63,002 nt of DNA, filler included, from Octopus bimaculoides (GCF_001194135.2; 3 parts of 3 records of this genome joined end to end with filler, not necessarily neighbours in it); one strand, 5' to 3'; shown: positions 26,171 to 39,959, counted from the first letter of the whole stretch. Numbers and translations: made by a program. Notes: generated by a model not told the origin, from the letters alone.

Positions 26171-27115
26171 AAAGTGATAGCCAAGATTACATTTGGTAAT
26201 GTAGTATTAGATTACATACTGCCTAAATAAAAGTTGGGATGGTCACAACGGAATGCTTTTGATCATAGGACTACCTAATCAGAGATGACCTGATGTAAAA
26301 AAACAGGACTAAATATGGAAAAGACATATAGTTTAAGAGTGGAGAGGTGGAAGAGTGTCAGATAGAATTCCTAATCAGAGTTTAACAACAACAAAAACAT
26401 TAACGAAACTACTGACGTGAGATGCTTATCATGCTGAAGATTCAGAAGCATCATAAGGGGTTCAATCCCAAGTGACTCAGGGATATCTGTTTAAACTACA
26501 AGCTTTACCAAAAACTAAAAAAAATATTATCTTTTTATATTTCTTTTATTTTTACACAAAGCCAATTAAAGTTGAGGAATATAGTTGTCTAACCAAACAA
26601 GCATGTTACCCAGATGAACGTAGGCATAGCCAAATTTTTAAGTTCATTTTGCAATCATGCAGTTCTAGGTTTGATCCCACTGCATGGTATCATGGAAAAG
26701 TATTGTGTCTTTTACCTAGCCTTGAGTTGAGTGATACTGCACAGACAGAATACACGTGCGAGGTCAATGGATGGATTGCACCTCTAATTCAAAGGGTTAG
26801 CTTTGTTGCATACACTGACATAATGATTCTCATTGAGATTTAAGTTAAGGGTACATGTGTATGGAATACTCAACCACTGACATTCTAAGTCAATGAGTAG
26901 ATCATTTTATTTCTATATATCCTGTTTGCAGAAACAAATACCCTTTTTATATCCAGTTTGCAGGTACACTTTATTTATTCATATATATATTACCCAGAAA
27001 TTATGAAAAGAAAGCCAATAAAACAGGTTATGAGTTTAAAACATAGAGAGATAAAACTAAATATTTCTAAGACCCATAGTTTGTTTTATTACCATTTCTA
27101 TTAGCACATTACACT

Positions 27116-27490
27116 TCATCATCATCATCATCATATTATTATTATTATTATATGTTTGACTTTTGTTTTGCATATTATTATTATTATTATTATTATTATT
27201 GTTATTATTATTATTGTTATTATTGTTATTGTTATTATTATTATTGTTATTATTATTATTGTTATTATTATTGTTGTTGTTGGTATTATTATTATTGTTA
27301 TTATTATTGTTGTTGTTGGTATTATTATTATTGTTATTATTATTGTTGTTGTTGGTATTATTATTATTGTTATTATTATTGTTGTTGTTGGTATTATTAT
27401 TATTGTNNNNNNNNNNNNNNNNNNNNNNNNNNNNNNNNNNNNNNNNNNNNNNNNNNNNNNNNNNNNNNNNNNNNNNNNNNNNNNNNNNNN

Positions 27491-27551
<61 letters not shown>

Positions 27552-27590
27552 TCGTCATCGTCATCATCATCATCATCATCATCATTATTA
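27116..27590. repeat. Compound trinucleotide microsatellite (ATC)n-(ATT/GTT)n with a ~33-bp higher-order unit, gap, then (GTC)n-(ATC)n
   Basis: GTTATTATTATTGTTGTTGTTGGTATTATTATTATT recurs about four times before the gap; ~20 GTC units start at 27491. Confidence 0.9.
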
Positions 27591-28119
27591 AGGTGGTGAG
27601 TTGGCAGAATCATTAGCATGCTGGACAAAATGCTCAACAGTATTTTCTCTGTCTTTACATTCCAAGTTCAAATTTCACAGAGGTCAACTTTGCCTTTCAT
27701 CCTTCTGAGGTCCAATACTGGGAATGATATAATCGACTACTCCCCTTGCTCCAAATTTCAAGTCCCGTGCAACAAGCTGGCAGAACTGTTAGCACACCCA
27801 GACAAAATGCTTAGTGGCATTTTTGTTTGTCTTTATGTTCTGAGTTCAAATTTCGCTGAGGTCAACTTTGCCTTTCATCCTTTTGAAGTCGACAAAATAA
27901 GTACCATTCAAGTACAGGTGTCAATGTAATTGACTTTACAACACCTCAAAATTGCAGACCTTGTGCCAAAATTGGAAATCTTTATTATTGTTCTTATTAC
28001 TATTATTCACTTCTAACATTGGCATGGTGCTGTAAAAATGTAGGAGAAATGTACAGTTGAAGTATGCATATTTATGTATATTTTATTGAGCTTGAAGGAA
28101 AGTAAGGCCAAGAAGCATT

Positions 28120-28328
28120 CAAATTCCAGTCAAATGTTATGCTTACTTATTCACATTGTTTTTAAATTAATCATGTATTATCTTATGGCATTGAAATTTC
28201 CATGTTGTGATTATCTATTGTTAAAATGACATTGATGGGTAGGTATAAGAGGTCAGCTCTAGCCAGTTTGAATATAAACAGGTAGAATATTTGGGTTTGA
28301 TAGGCCATTTTAAATACTAAACGGTTAA
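28120..28328. mobile_element. MITE family M1, second copy
   Basis: Colinear with 5975-6177 and ends AAATACTAAACGGTTAA. Confidence 0.65.
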
Positions 28329-28809
28329 GGTGACACAATCATAAGAGTATCAGAAAAAGTGCCTTGAAGAAACTGTTTTTCACTTCTTTGAATTTTGAGG
28401 TCAAATCCCACTGAGGTCAACTTTGTCCTTCATCCTTTCAGGGTTAATGTATACAGCAGCAGAGTAGTGAATTATCAGAAATGTAAGCACATCAAACAAG
28501 ATACTTTGCAGAAACTGTTCTGGTTTTTTGCATTCCAAGTTTAAATTCCACCAAAATAGCTCAATACTGCTGGAGATCTATTAATGGTAAGGTTATTGCA
28601 AAATGTTGGCATCAAGTACAATGTAAACATGAAACTGTCTATGAAGCCCTAGTGAACACATAAAACTAGAAGTTTGTGAGGATGTGAAGGTCAATTCACA
28701 AGATCTTTATCATGCATCCAATAAGGAGGGGGCTGCCAGAGGATTAATGAACATATAATATGGAAGTGCCCTTTTCACTACTCCACTACTTTCATATATA
28801 TACTTCTAT

Positions 28810-29340
28810 TCTTTTATTCGTTTCAGTCATTTTGACTGCGGTCATGCTGGAGCACCGCCTTTAGTCGAGCAAATCGCCCCCAGGACTTATTCTTTGTAAG
28901 CCTAGTACTTATTCTATCGGTCTCTTATGCCGAACCACTAAGTTACATGGACGTAAACACACCAGCACCGATGTCAAGCGATGTTGGGACACACACACNN
29001 NNNNNNNNNNNNNNNNNNNNNNNNNNNNNNNNNNNNNNNNNNNNNNNNNNNNNNNNNNNNNNNNNNNNNNNNNNNNNNNNNNNNNNNNNNNNNNNNNNNN
29101 NNNNNNNNNNNNNNNNNNNNNNNNNNNNNNNNNNNNNNNNNNNNNNNNNNNNNNNNNNNNNNNNATATATATATATATATATATATATATATACGATGGG
29201 CTTCTTTCAGTTTCTGTCTACCAAATCCACTCACAAGGCTTTGGTCAGCCCGAGGCTATAGTAGAAGACACATGTCCAAGGTGCCATGCAGTGGGACTGA
29301 ACCTGGAACCAAGCTACTTACTACACAGCCACTCCTGCAC
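28810..29340 (-). mobile_element. SINE family A (gap inside its central microsatellite)
   Basis: Reverse complement of the 61943-62343 head and tail. Confidence 0.85.
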
Positions 29341-30380
29341 CTATGTGTTTTTATTTTTTCGTAACTAATTAAAGAGAAATTTTAATTTTTATATATATTT
29401 ATTAATTTCTCATATCAGTAAAAATTCATGAATTCACAAGGGATTTCATCATCATCATCAATATCATCATCATCACCATTGAGGTTACAATGCAATTTTC
29501 AAAACTTCAAGCCATTGGGGAGGTGGGGCAGTCAGATTCATGCTAGGGATCAAGAGGATTACTATAAGAAATGGAGGGGCAGAACAAGTTCCTGCAGTGG
29601 GATCTCCATAGTTACTCACATCTTGTCAGGGAAATAGTGAGGAGAGAAATAGAAAATGTTTAGAAGGAGCTGCAAGACAAAGGTAATGGTGATAAGGTGC
29701 CCAGGTGCCTCCCCTGCCCCCAAGGCTCAACACATCAATAAAATTTGATCTAGCTAAATTTGAATTCAGAACACAGAGCAACAAAAGTAAATATTGGTTT
29801 TAAATTTTGGCACAAGACCAACAATTTTGGAGGATAGTTTAGTCGATTACAGTGTTCAACTAGTTCTTATTTTATTGACCCTGAAAGGATGAAAGGTGAA
29901 GTCAACCTAAGCGGAATTTGAACTTAGAACATAAAGACAGATGAAATGCCACAAAGAATTTTGCCCAGCATGCTAACAATTTCTGCCAGCTTGGTGTGTA
30001 AACAAAAGTAAATATTGTAAAGTATTTAGGTCAGTGTTGTAATATTTTTGCAAGTTCTCATTCAATAATTTTCATATTACATTAACTTATAACGATGATT
30101 GTTTTGTTGTTGCTTTTTCATTTCATAACCATATTATGAAAGAGTGCCGGAGTGGCTGTGNNNNNNNNNNNNNNNNNNNNNNNNNNNNNNNNNNNNNNNN
30201 NNNNNNNNNNNNNNNNNNNNNNNNNNNNNNNNNNNNNNNNNNNNNNNNNNNNNNNNNNNNNNNNNNNNNNNNNNNNNNNNNNNNNNNNNNNNNNNNNNNN
30301 NNNNNNNNNNNNNNNNNNNNNNNNNNNNNNNNNNNNNNNNNNNNNNNNNNNNNNNNNNNTATATATATATATATATATGC

Positions 30381-30413
<33 letters not shown>

Positions 30414-31276
30414 TGTATGTTTGTGTGTCTGTGTTTGTCCCCCAACACCACTTGACAACCGATGCTGGTGTGTTTATGTCCCTGTAACTTAGTGGTTCAG
30501 CAAAAGAAACCAATAGAATAAGTACTAGGCTGACAAAGAATAAGTCCTGGGGGCAATTTGCTTGACTAAAGGCAGTACTCCAGCATGGCCGCAGTCAAAT
30601 GACTGGGACAAAATAAAAGAGTAAAAGAGATGTATTTACCAATTCCATCCCCTTACAGATCAGATAACAACATATATGGCACGTAAAAGCACCCACTACA
30701 CTCTCAGAGTGGTTGGCATTAGGAAGAGCATCCAGCTGTAGAAACTCTGCCAGATCAGATTGGAGCCTGGTNNNNNNNNNNGCTGTAGAAACTCTGCCAG
30801 ATCAGATTGGAGCCTGGTGCAGCCTTCTGGCTTGTCAGTCCTCAGTCAAATCGTCCAACCCATGCTAGCATGGAAAGCCGATGATGATGATGATATATAT
30901 ATATAAAGATGAGAATGTGTGTCTTTGTGAATCCCTAAAACTTGAGAACTACACAACCAATTTCATTCAAATTTTACACATGCCTTACTTAGGGTACATG
31001 TAGTGTCATAGGCCAAAAAAGTTTTAACTTCTTGCCTACTGTGAGCCCAGGGCAATATGATATCTTCTCCACTATTTCAGTATTACTCATCAAAAGTGAA
31101 TCAATAACATCTCTCTATTGTAATGTCAGATATTTTCAGTTTAATAGTTTCACTTTAATACTGAAACTATTAAAGAGAAATTATTATCTCAAATATATAC
31201 AGGCATACATACATATATACATACATATATATAATATATATATATTTTTCCCCTCCATTTTCTTATTGCTATATTA

Positions 31277-31316
<40 letters not shown>

Positions 31317-31670
31317 CACCTGCACGAATGTATATACATATATGTATAGATGTATATATATATAGATGTATATGTATACGTGTATATGTGTAGATGTATA
31401 TATATATAGACTTACATGTAATATGTTCACATATATATACACATATACACATATATACATGCATACATATATACACCAATACACATAGGTGCAGGTGTGG
31501 CTGCATGGTAAGAAACTTGGTTCCAAAACACATGGTCCTGGGTTCAGTCCCACTGTGTGGTGACTTGACATGTGTCTTCTGCTATAGCATCAGACCAACC
31601 AAAGCCTTGTGAGTGGATTCTGAAGACAGAAACTGAAAGAAATCAATCGTATATATATATATATATATAT

Positions 31671-31770
31671 NNNNNNNNNNNNNNNNNNNNNNNNNNNNNN
31701 NNNNNNNNNNNNNNTTAATTAATTAANNNNNNNNNNNNNNNNNNNNNNNNNNNNNNNNNNNNNNNNNNNN
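31671..31770. other. Artificial assembly spacer: 44 N + TTAATTAATTAA + 44 N
   Basis: Exactly 100 bp; the 12-mer at 31715-31726 has stops in all six frames; identical construct at 52082-52181. Confidence 0.95.
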
Positions 31771-31822
<52 letters not shown>

Positions 31823-32112
31823 ATCTTATATATATAGCTATGTTTTATATATTTTGTGTTACTTGTTTCAGTCATTAGACTGCAGCCATGTGTTGAAAAT
31901 TTTTTAGTTGAATGAATCGATCCCACCACTTGACTTTGTTAAGCCTGGTACTTATCCTTGTTTCTTTTGCCGAACGTAAACCCATCAAAACTGGTTGTCA
32001 GACGGTACTGGTTGACAAACACCCCCCACACACACAAATACACACACATCACACACATATATATACGTATATATATATGTATTATATCTATATGTATGTG
32101 TATGCATTTGGA

Positions 32113-32193
<81 letters not shown>

Positions 32194-33554
32194 TTTCAGG
32201 GCATCCATAAAGAAACGCGGCATATCAAAATGAAGTACGCCACTAATTGACTACAATGTTACAAAACTGGCGGTTAAGTAATTAATGATCATAGCACGAA
32301 ATGCATCGATGAAATGAAGTTCACTTTTATTAGATAACTCCTAACTCTAGTATTGTCCAAATGTATCCAGTGATGAAGGACAACTTGGGCGTTGAGTCAC
32401 CTCGTATTGCTACAATTGTTTGAAGAAGCGTTTTGAGACGTAAGTATAATACAATCTGGTATCCACGTTCTGCCTATATCAGGATTTATGAACGACATTG
32501 CTAAATTGAATGACAGTACCTTTGCTAGTCACAGTCTTCAATTAGCTGGTTGTAACCACATCCACATTACATTTTTTTTTACTGTTGGTAACTCTGATTA
32601 GAAATTTCACATGTCGATGATCTGTTAATTAAGCAACATGACATTAGTTGCTTCTTTATTTGCTTAGCGTGAAGAATTGTGAGTTGCCTCACGTAATGTT
32701 ATCCTGTGGATATTGTGCATACTGCGCAACCGACTGTATTAGGCTTACAACACTAAACACTGTTAACGAAATAATTGCAGCAATAGCAGGCGTGGATGTG
32801 TGGAAAGTAGTTTGCTTCAAACCACATGGTTCCGGGTTCAGTCCCGCTGTATGACACGTCGGGCTAATGTCTTCAACTACAGCCTCGGACCGACAAATGT
32901 AAAAGAAATCTGAACGCAGCTCATTGTTTATGTGTGTGTGTGTGTGTGTGTGTGCGCGTGCGCGCGCGCGCGTGCGCGCGTGCGTCCGTGTGATCGATCC
33001 GCACCACAGCTTGACAGTTTGTCTACGTTCCCGTGGCTTACTGGTTCGATAAAAAATTTCTCATACAATATATACCCAGCTTAAAGGAAAACAAGTACTG
33101 GAGTCGAAGCGTTCGTTTAAAATATTTCGAGGTGGTGCCCCAGCATGGCCGCAAATTACAATTGAAAGAAGTAAGCAATAAAATATAAGCCATTAATCTG
33201 CCTTCATTATGTATATGTGTGTGTGTATGTGTGCGTGTGTGAGAGCACGTGCGTGTGTCTCTGTGCGTNNNNNNNNNNNNNNNNNNNNNNNNNNNNNNNN
33301 NNNNNNNNNNNNNNNNNNNNNNNNNNNNNNNNNNNNNNNNNNNNNNNNNNNNNNNNNNNNNNNNNNNNNNNNNNNNNNNNNNNNNNNNNNNNNNNNNNNN
33401 NNNNNNNNNNNNNNNNNNNNNNNNNNNNNNNNNNNNNNNNNNNNNNNNNNNNNNNNNNNNNNNNNNNNNNNNNNNNNNNNNNNNNNNNNNNNNNNNNNNN
33501 NNNNNNNNNNNNNNNNNNNNNNNNNNNNNNNNNNNNNNNNNNNNNNNNNNNNNN

Positions 33555-33633
<79 letters not shown>

Positions 33634-34399
33634 CATATACATATATTTATATCATAAATCCGTTATATTAGGTATTATGAGATAACACTCAACACAAATT
33701 TAACTGCTACCAGAGTGACATTATTCTATTAAGACTATGTCAATAATGTTTTCTGGATTGATTACACTATGCAACTTGAGAGAGAGATAACGCTAGTCAG
33801 ACGGATATATTAATATGCGTACTTAGCTAGACTATTGTAACTGAAGGAAAACAGAAGCACTAACTGGTTTATCCTGAAGCGCACAAAAGAAAGTTAGGTA
33901 ATATTTCGTAGTTCTAACTGTAGTTAGAAGATCTCTAAGTGTAAAATGGAAAAGAAAATCCAGAATACTAAGAAAGCAAAGAAAGAAGTATAAAAGTAGC
34001 TAAGTCGTGTACTTTTCCAGTTTAGTGTGTTGTTTAGCTGCATATTCTTATTTGGCTGTTTAGAATATGAGGTAGGTTGTGTTTGAATGCATTAACCACA
34101 TTAAATTTTGAATGTCTGAATATTTTGATAACCAGCATTGTAATATTTAAAATATACATCCACTGAATGAAAGTTACAACGTCCAGCGAACATGACGGTT
34201 AGAAATCTTTTGTATATAACTTGTTGTATAATATTGTGAAATAGTGGAAGGAATTTGAGTCATTGCGTATAACACTGCATGATACTAATTTTTTTCAGCA
34301 AACACTACTTTTGTTGCTTTTTGTGTTCTTTATGAACATGAAATCTGTTTTGCTCCATTACGTCTACATTTTGATCTACAAGATATCCTACACGTACAC

Positions 34400-36000
34400 T
34401 TATAGAAAAAAGTGTCAAATCATGTGAAAAATGCATGTAATTTATCAATATGCTAAACTACAATTAATCAGTTAAAATAACAATATACACTTAGAAAAAT
34501 ATACCACAAAAATGTTACGACATTGATTTCACTGCGAAGATCAACAGCATGGAGTTCAAGAAGAGTGAAGACAGCAAAAGTCTGCCATCATGCGGATATC
34601 GAATCGCTTTACTTTGTTTCCATAGTAGTGATCACTTGATCAAATCTTTCACCTTGATCGTCACTGATCTTGCCCAAGTCGAAAGGAAAGAAATCCAAGT
34701 GATCTCTTTAAAAAGGGAATCTTCAAGGACATCTTGACACTCAGTATATCGATGAGTGCCTTGTAATTGGAGCTCCGGTTCTTTCCTAGAAAATTTTTGA
34801 CTATTGTTAGCAGATCATCAGAAGTTCGTAGTTCAACTTCATTCATTGAATCTCTGAACATCTGAGACTTCATCAGTTTGCGAGAGTCTGGTCCAACGAT
34901 CACGCCTTTGCTTCGCTTAATCGGGGAAAGATATCTGTCAATAATATTGATTAACCGTCAGTTTTCAGTGCCCACACAGAATATTTGATGACTCCAAGTT
35001 TAATATGTAGTTTCATATGTAGTGAAGGTAACACAATTAGCTCGGGTGAAATTAGTGGTACGTAATGAAAGTTTTTATTCCCTGGTCTCCATTCATGACG
35101 TGCCGGTCAGTTCTGCCAACTGTAGTGGCCATTTTGAGCCCGGCTGTCCCACAGACACAATAAGCATCAAAACGTCGTGTCACTTCAGTTGAAATACCTA
35201 TTATCTTCAAGTTACCTCCAAATGTCCACTTGAAATTATCATGTCTGACCAAGGAAAGTAACAGCATGATAATGTCGTATGACTCTTTTGCCTTCCTCGA
35301 ATAACTCAATGGAATCCTTGGGTACTCATCCCCAATATACAAAAGGACTGCCTTTAAGCTGAAAAGACTATCATTAATGAATAACCACCTATCTGATTTG
35401 ACATCAGCGGAGATTCACAGTGTCAACTTCAAACTAGTTATGTTCTTGCAATAAACTAACCCAGCTCATTATGTGTGTAGAAGAATTCAAAATATTTCTT
35501 TTCTTAGTGCCTGTAACCTGCTGTTTTGTTTCCTTGGACTAAAACATCAAATTCTCTGAGTATTGTTCCAGCCACATAAGCATCATCCTTGGAAAGTAGC
35601 AATTTTTGAACAAAATGATTTAGTTCCCCTTGACCTATTTTAGGGAATGAACGAAGAATTTAAAAATACTTGTCATCTGTTTAGTATTCACGGTATTTGC
35701 TTCAACTTGCCACTGGAACACAAGGAAAGGTGATCACTGCAAGGTTTGCATACAATACGTGAAGCTAAAAAAAATTAACTTGGTCTCTAGGTTTCATTTT
35801 GAATTAATCCTTGTGTTGCTCGTACCAGTGACGTGAGATTTTCCCTATAGTCTTTGAATGCATATTTCCTAACAGATGTAGCAAAAGTGATCATTGCGAA
35901 ATACACGTCTGGAACACATGCAAATTGAAGTGGAAATATAAAAGAAAATGACGAGTCCACATTGAAAGAACAGTTACCAGCTGGTTACAAGACACAATAA
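34400..36000 (-). mobile_element. Chapaev3-like (CMC superfamily) DNA transposon, degraded transposase
   Basis: Minus-strand fragments in order: NDHFCYIC (~35890); WLFINDSLFSLKAVLLYIGDEYPRIPLSYS..KESYDII..LL..V.HDNFKWTFGGNLKII; GVIVGPDSRKLM...NFLGKNRSSNY...KMSLKIPFL...LG..GQDQ...RMMADFC. These match the recalled pattern GIFVGPQIR...MSLKIHFLHSHL...MMADYCW. Ends not defined. Confidence 0.72.
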
Positions 36001-36922
36001 CATCAAAGACACGTATTTAAATCAACGTGTTAATTCACGGTATATCAACCTTTACAGCTGTCTCATCAAAGCTTGTCACAAAAGAAAAATCGATGAAATC
36101 CTTAACACTCGGGTGTGCGGTGGGGGTATCTGATACCCCAGGTGATGTTTGTATATTCTTCTATTTGTCTCAGTCATTTGACTGCGGCCATGCTGAAGCA
36201 CTACCCTTAGTCGAGCAAATCGACCCCAGGACTTAATCTTTGTAAGACTAGTACGTATTCTATCGGTCTCTTTTGCCGAACCGCTAAGTTACGGGGGCAT
36301 AAACACACCAGCATCGGTTGTCAAGCGATGTTGGAGGCACAAACACAGATACCTAAACATAACCACCCCCATGTATATATATNNNNNNNNNNNNNNNNNN
36401 NNNNNNNNNNNNNNNNNNNNNNNNNNNNNNNNNNNNNNNNNNNNNNNNNNNNNNNNNNNNNNNNNNNNNNNNNNNNNNNNNNNNNNNNNNNNNNNNNNNN
36501 NNNNNNNNNNNNNNNNNNNNNNNNNNNNNNNNNNNNNNNNNNNNNNNNNNNNNNNNNNNNNNNNNNNNNNNNNNNNNNNNNNNNNNNNNNNNNNNNNNNN
36601 NNNNNNNNNNNNNNNNNNNNNNNNNNNNNNNNNNNNNNNNNNNNNNNNNNNNNNNNNNNNNNNNNNNNNNNNNNNNNNNNNNNNNNNNNNNNNNNNNNNN
36701 NNNNNNNNNNNNNNNNNNNNNNNNNNNNNNNNNNNNNNNNNNNNNNNNNNNNNNNNNNNNNNNNNNNNNNNNNNNNNNNNNNNNNNNNNNNNNNNNNNNN
36801 NNNNNNNNNNNNNNNNNNNNNNNNNNNNNNNNNNNAGTCTCTGGATGAGACTTGGAGTCAACTTGTATAAATAGAAAGCAAAAGTCAAACATATAATAAT
36901 AATGATGATGATGATGATGATG

Positions 36923-37007
<85 letters not shown>

Positions 37008-37029
37008 CAATAATAGTAATAATAATCAA

Positions 37030-37720
37030 GTGCATAGGTATGTTTGGAATAGCGAGGAAAGTAACGTGTTACCAGAAGAGAAGCATGCTGGGATGGAAAA
37101 TTGAACTGACATCATACGAAAAAAGCTTGGACACCTTGGGTATCAGAAGAGGGATTTTCAAGGGTGACAGCCTATCTCCGATGCTTTTCGTTCTCTGCAT
37201 GTTAGCCCCCGATCTTGGTACTCAGGAAAAGGAATCTGAGGTACCAACTAAAGGAAAAATCAACCACTTCCTCTTCATTGATGATTTGAAACTGTATGGC
37301 AACGATGAAACAAAAGTGAGTATCTTGGTGAACACGGTTCCCTGATTTACTACTGATATTAGAATAGAATTTGGTCTCAAGAAATATGGAGTAATCTTCC
37401 TAAAAAGAAGTAAGGTTCAGTCCCTAGCAGGGATAGAATTTACGAATAGAGACTTCATTAAGCAAATTGAAACAGAAGGATACAAATACCACGGTGTACT
37501 AAAGTGCAACGAGATACTGGTAAAGAAAATGAAAGAGTAATTGAGGATGGAGTATTTCCGAAGACTGAATAGAATTGTAAATTGTCATAAGAGAGAAATG
37601 AAGAAAATGGATGCCAAGACCAAAAAATTGTTGACAGCACACGGAGACTTCCACCGTAAGAGTGACACAAATAGGCTGTACTTGTCCAGAAGAAAGGGTG
37701 GAAGAGGTTTCATCAGTTGC
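37030..37720 (+). mobile_element. R4/Dong-clade RT fragment of a second subfamily
   Basis: LGIRRGIFKGDSLSPMLFVLCM; KINHFLFIDDLKLY; DFHRKSDTNRLYLSRRKGGRGFISC. Preceded by (TAA/TGA)n at 36893-37025. Confidence 0.8.
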
Positions 37721-39690
37721 CAGGTCTGTTCCGTTCAATGGACTGCACCCCATTTTGTTTTGCAAGTATCTGTGCAGTTCACCGTCTAGAGCACCTGATA
37801 TTAGTTTCAACACTGGTGGAAGGCATGTTATTGGTCTAAAGTTGGATGCGGTATTTGAGAAGATAAGACATAGAAACTTGAACATGACATGGGTTGATTA
37901 TCGCAAGGCATATTATATGATACTACACACGTGGATAAAAAGAAGAATGGAAAACAAAGAATATGAGAAGCTTTATACGAAATAGCATGAAATACTGGAG
38001 AACGGATTTGACAGCAGGGAAGCAAGTATTAGGAGATGTGAAACTCCAGAGATGAATCCTCTTGGGAGACAGTGTGTCCCCACTCATATTCGTGCTGAGA
38101 ATGACCCTCTTGAGTGAAATACTACTGAAGACAAAGTTGGGGTATGATCTGGGAAGAGGTAAGGGAAAACTAAACCACTTGCTCTTCATGGACAACCTGA
38201 AGCTATTCACAAAAACTGAGGCAGAACTGGACAGCCTACTGCAGTCTGTGCGGATTTTCCTCAATGATATTAAGATGGAGTTTGGACTCTCAAAATGTGC
38301 TACGATGATGATGAGATGAAGAAAACTTGCCAGGACAGAAGTGGTGAAATGTTGAAGGCAATTCAACCTCAGTGCAGCTATAAATACCTGGGAAAACGTG
38401 AGGCAGATGGAATCAAATACGACGGCATAAGGGAAAAGACACAGAGCTGTGGTGAGTGAGAAAACATTTTGACTTCAAAGCCGAATGCCAGAAACATTAT
38501 TTCGGCAATAAACTCGCGCGTAGTCGCAGTAGTTCGTTATGGTGCTAGAATCCTAAAACAGACCAAGGATGAGCTAAAGGAGATGGACAGGAAGTCAAGA
38601 AAGCTCCTAACGATGCATTGAGCCTATCATCCACGAGCAGACACTGACCGCTTATACATGAGGAGAACAAATGGAGGAAGGGGACTGATAAGTGTAAAAG
38701 ACTGCGTGCGTATAAAACTCCAGAGCTTAATGAGATACCTAGCCCAAGGTAAAGAAACATTGTTAATGACAGATAAGAACAAGGGAGTATCAAGAGCAGA
38801 AAGAAAAGCGAAAATAAAAGGAGTACAAAAAAGAGATGAATAAGAATTACGCAAGAAGGGACTACACGATCAATTCCATGTAGCTACAACAGAAGTTTCT
38901 GGAAAAAATAGGTGGGATTGGCTGATGAAAGGAACCCTAAAAAAGAGACCGAAAGCACTATACTGGCAGCTCTGTACCAAATTCTGGCTACGAATTTGAG
39001 GGTCAACCTTACGAATGAGCAAGTGTCTCCGCTGTGTCGCATCTGCAATGGAATGGACGAAACTATTGCCCATATCACGAACGAATGCCCTAGACTTGCC
39101 CGAAGCCACTACTAGTGGTGGTGATACGGCCAGGCAGCGAAAGTGCTTCTTTGGAAACTGCGAAAAGTAGGGCCTAGAGGGAGGCAAGACGTGGTAGGAG
39201 AACAGACGGCCAGAGTGGTAGAGTCGGGGACTAGCAAAACATCTGGGATTTCCCAATCTAAACGGGTCAGGTTTTAGAGCATTACAGACCCGACCTACTG
39301 GTGGAGGACAAGGTGCACCACATATGCTATATAGTTGATGTTGCATGCCCCTTTGACCCACGAATGGTCAAGAAGGAAGGTAAAAAGATAGACATACACA
39401 ACCCTCTTAAGTACGAAATAGCCTGGTTATGGAACATGAAGAAGGTGAAGATAGTGCCAATTATTGTTGTGCCCTTGGGAACAGTATCAAAAGTCATCAA
39501 GAGGAATGTAAAGGAAATTGGAATAGAGTGCCCAGTAGAACTGTTACAAAAGATTTGTCTCCTTGGCACGGCCATAATAATCAAGAAAGTATTAGATAGC
39601 TGAAAAGAACGAATAGCATGGTACCGTAGGCTGCCGGTAGTAAGCCCGCTATGCATGCAAGACCTCAGGCGATCCAACAAAACTTAATAA
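37721..39690 (+). mobile_element. R4/Dong-clade element copy 2 (same subfamily as 14119-16995) with an inverted 5' segment
   Basis: 37857-39690 is colinear with 15265-16990 (RT, CRICNGMDETIAHITNECP, REL domain, TAA tail). 37721-37856 encodes NTASNFRPITCLPPVLKLISGALDGELHRYLQNK on the minus strand. Confidence 0.9.
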
Positions 39691-39701
39691 AAATAATAAT
39701 A

Positions 39702-39827
<126 letters not shown>

Positions 39828-39959
39828 NNNNNNNNNNNNNNNNNNNNNNNNNNNNNNNNNNNNNNNNNNGAGGAGGAGGAGGAGGAGAGTTTTAGCACCG
39901 CTAGAGTATAAATCAAGACATAGACATAGCAGCATTGACAATATCTACAGATTAACATG

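Noticed and set aside
27491-27550. (GTC)n CpG-rich tract in a CpG-poor block as a regulatory island
   Set aside because: Simple recent microsatellite expansion next to a gap explains it.
30730-30820. Short direct duplication of GCTGTAGAAACTCTGCCAGATCAGATTGGAGCCTGGT
   Set aside because: Also straddles a 10-N gap; assembly overlap artefact.
33760-33860. Strong minus-strand acceptor CTTCTGTTTTCCTTCAG| giving (V)TIV* in phase 1, superficially like the next CUX exon (EVTIK)
   Set aside because: Stops follow quickly in all three frames, the match is only three residues, and it lies across a spacer from the CUX exon.
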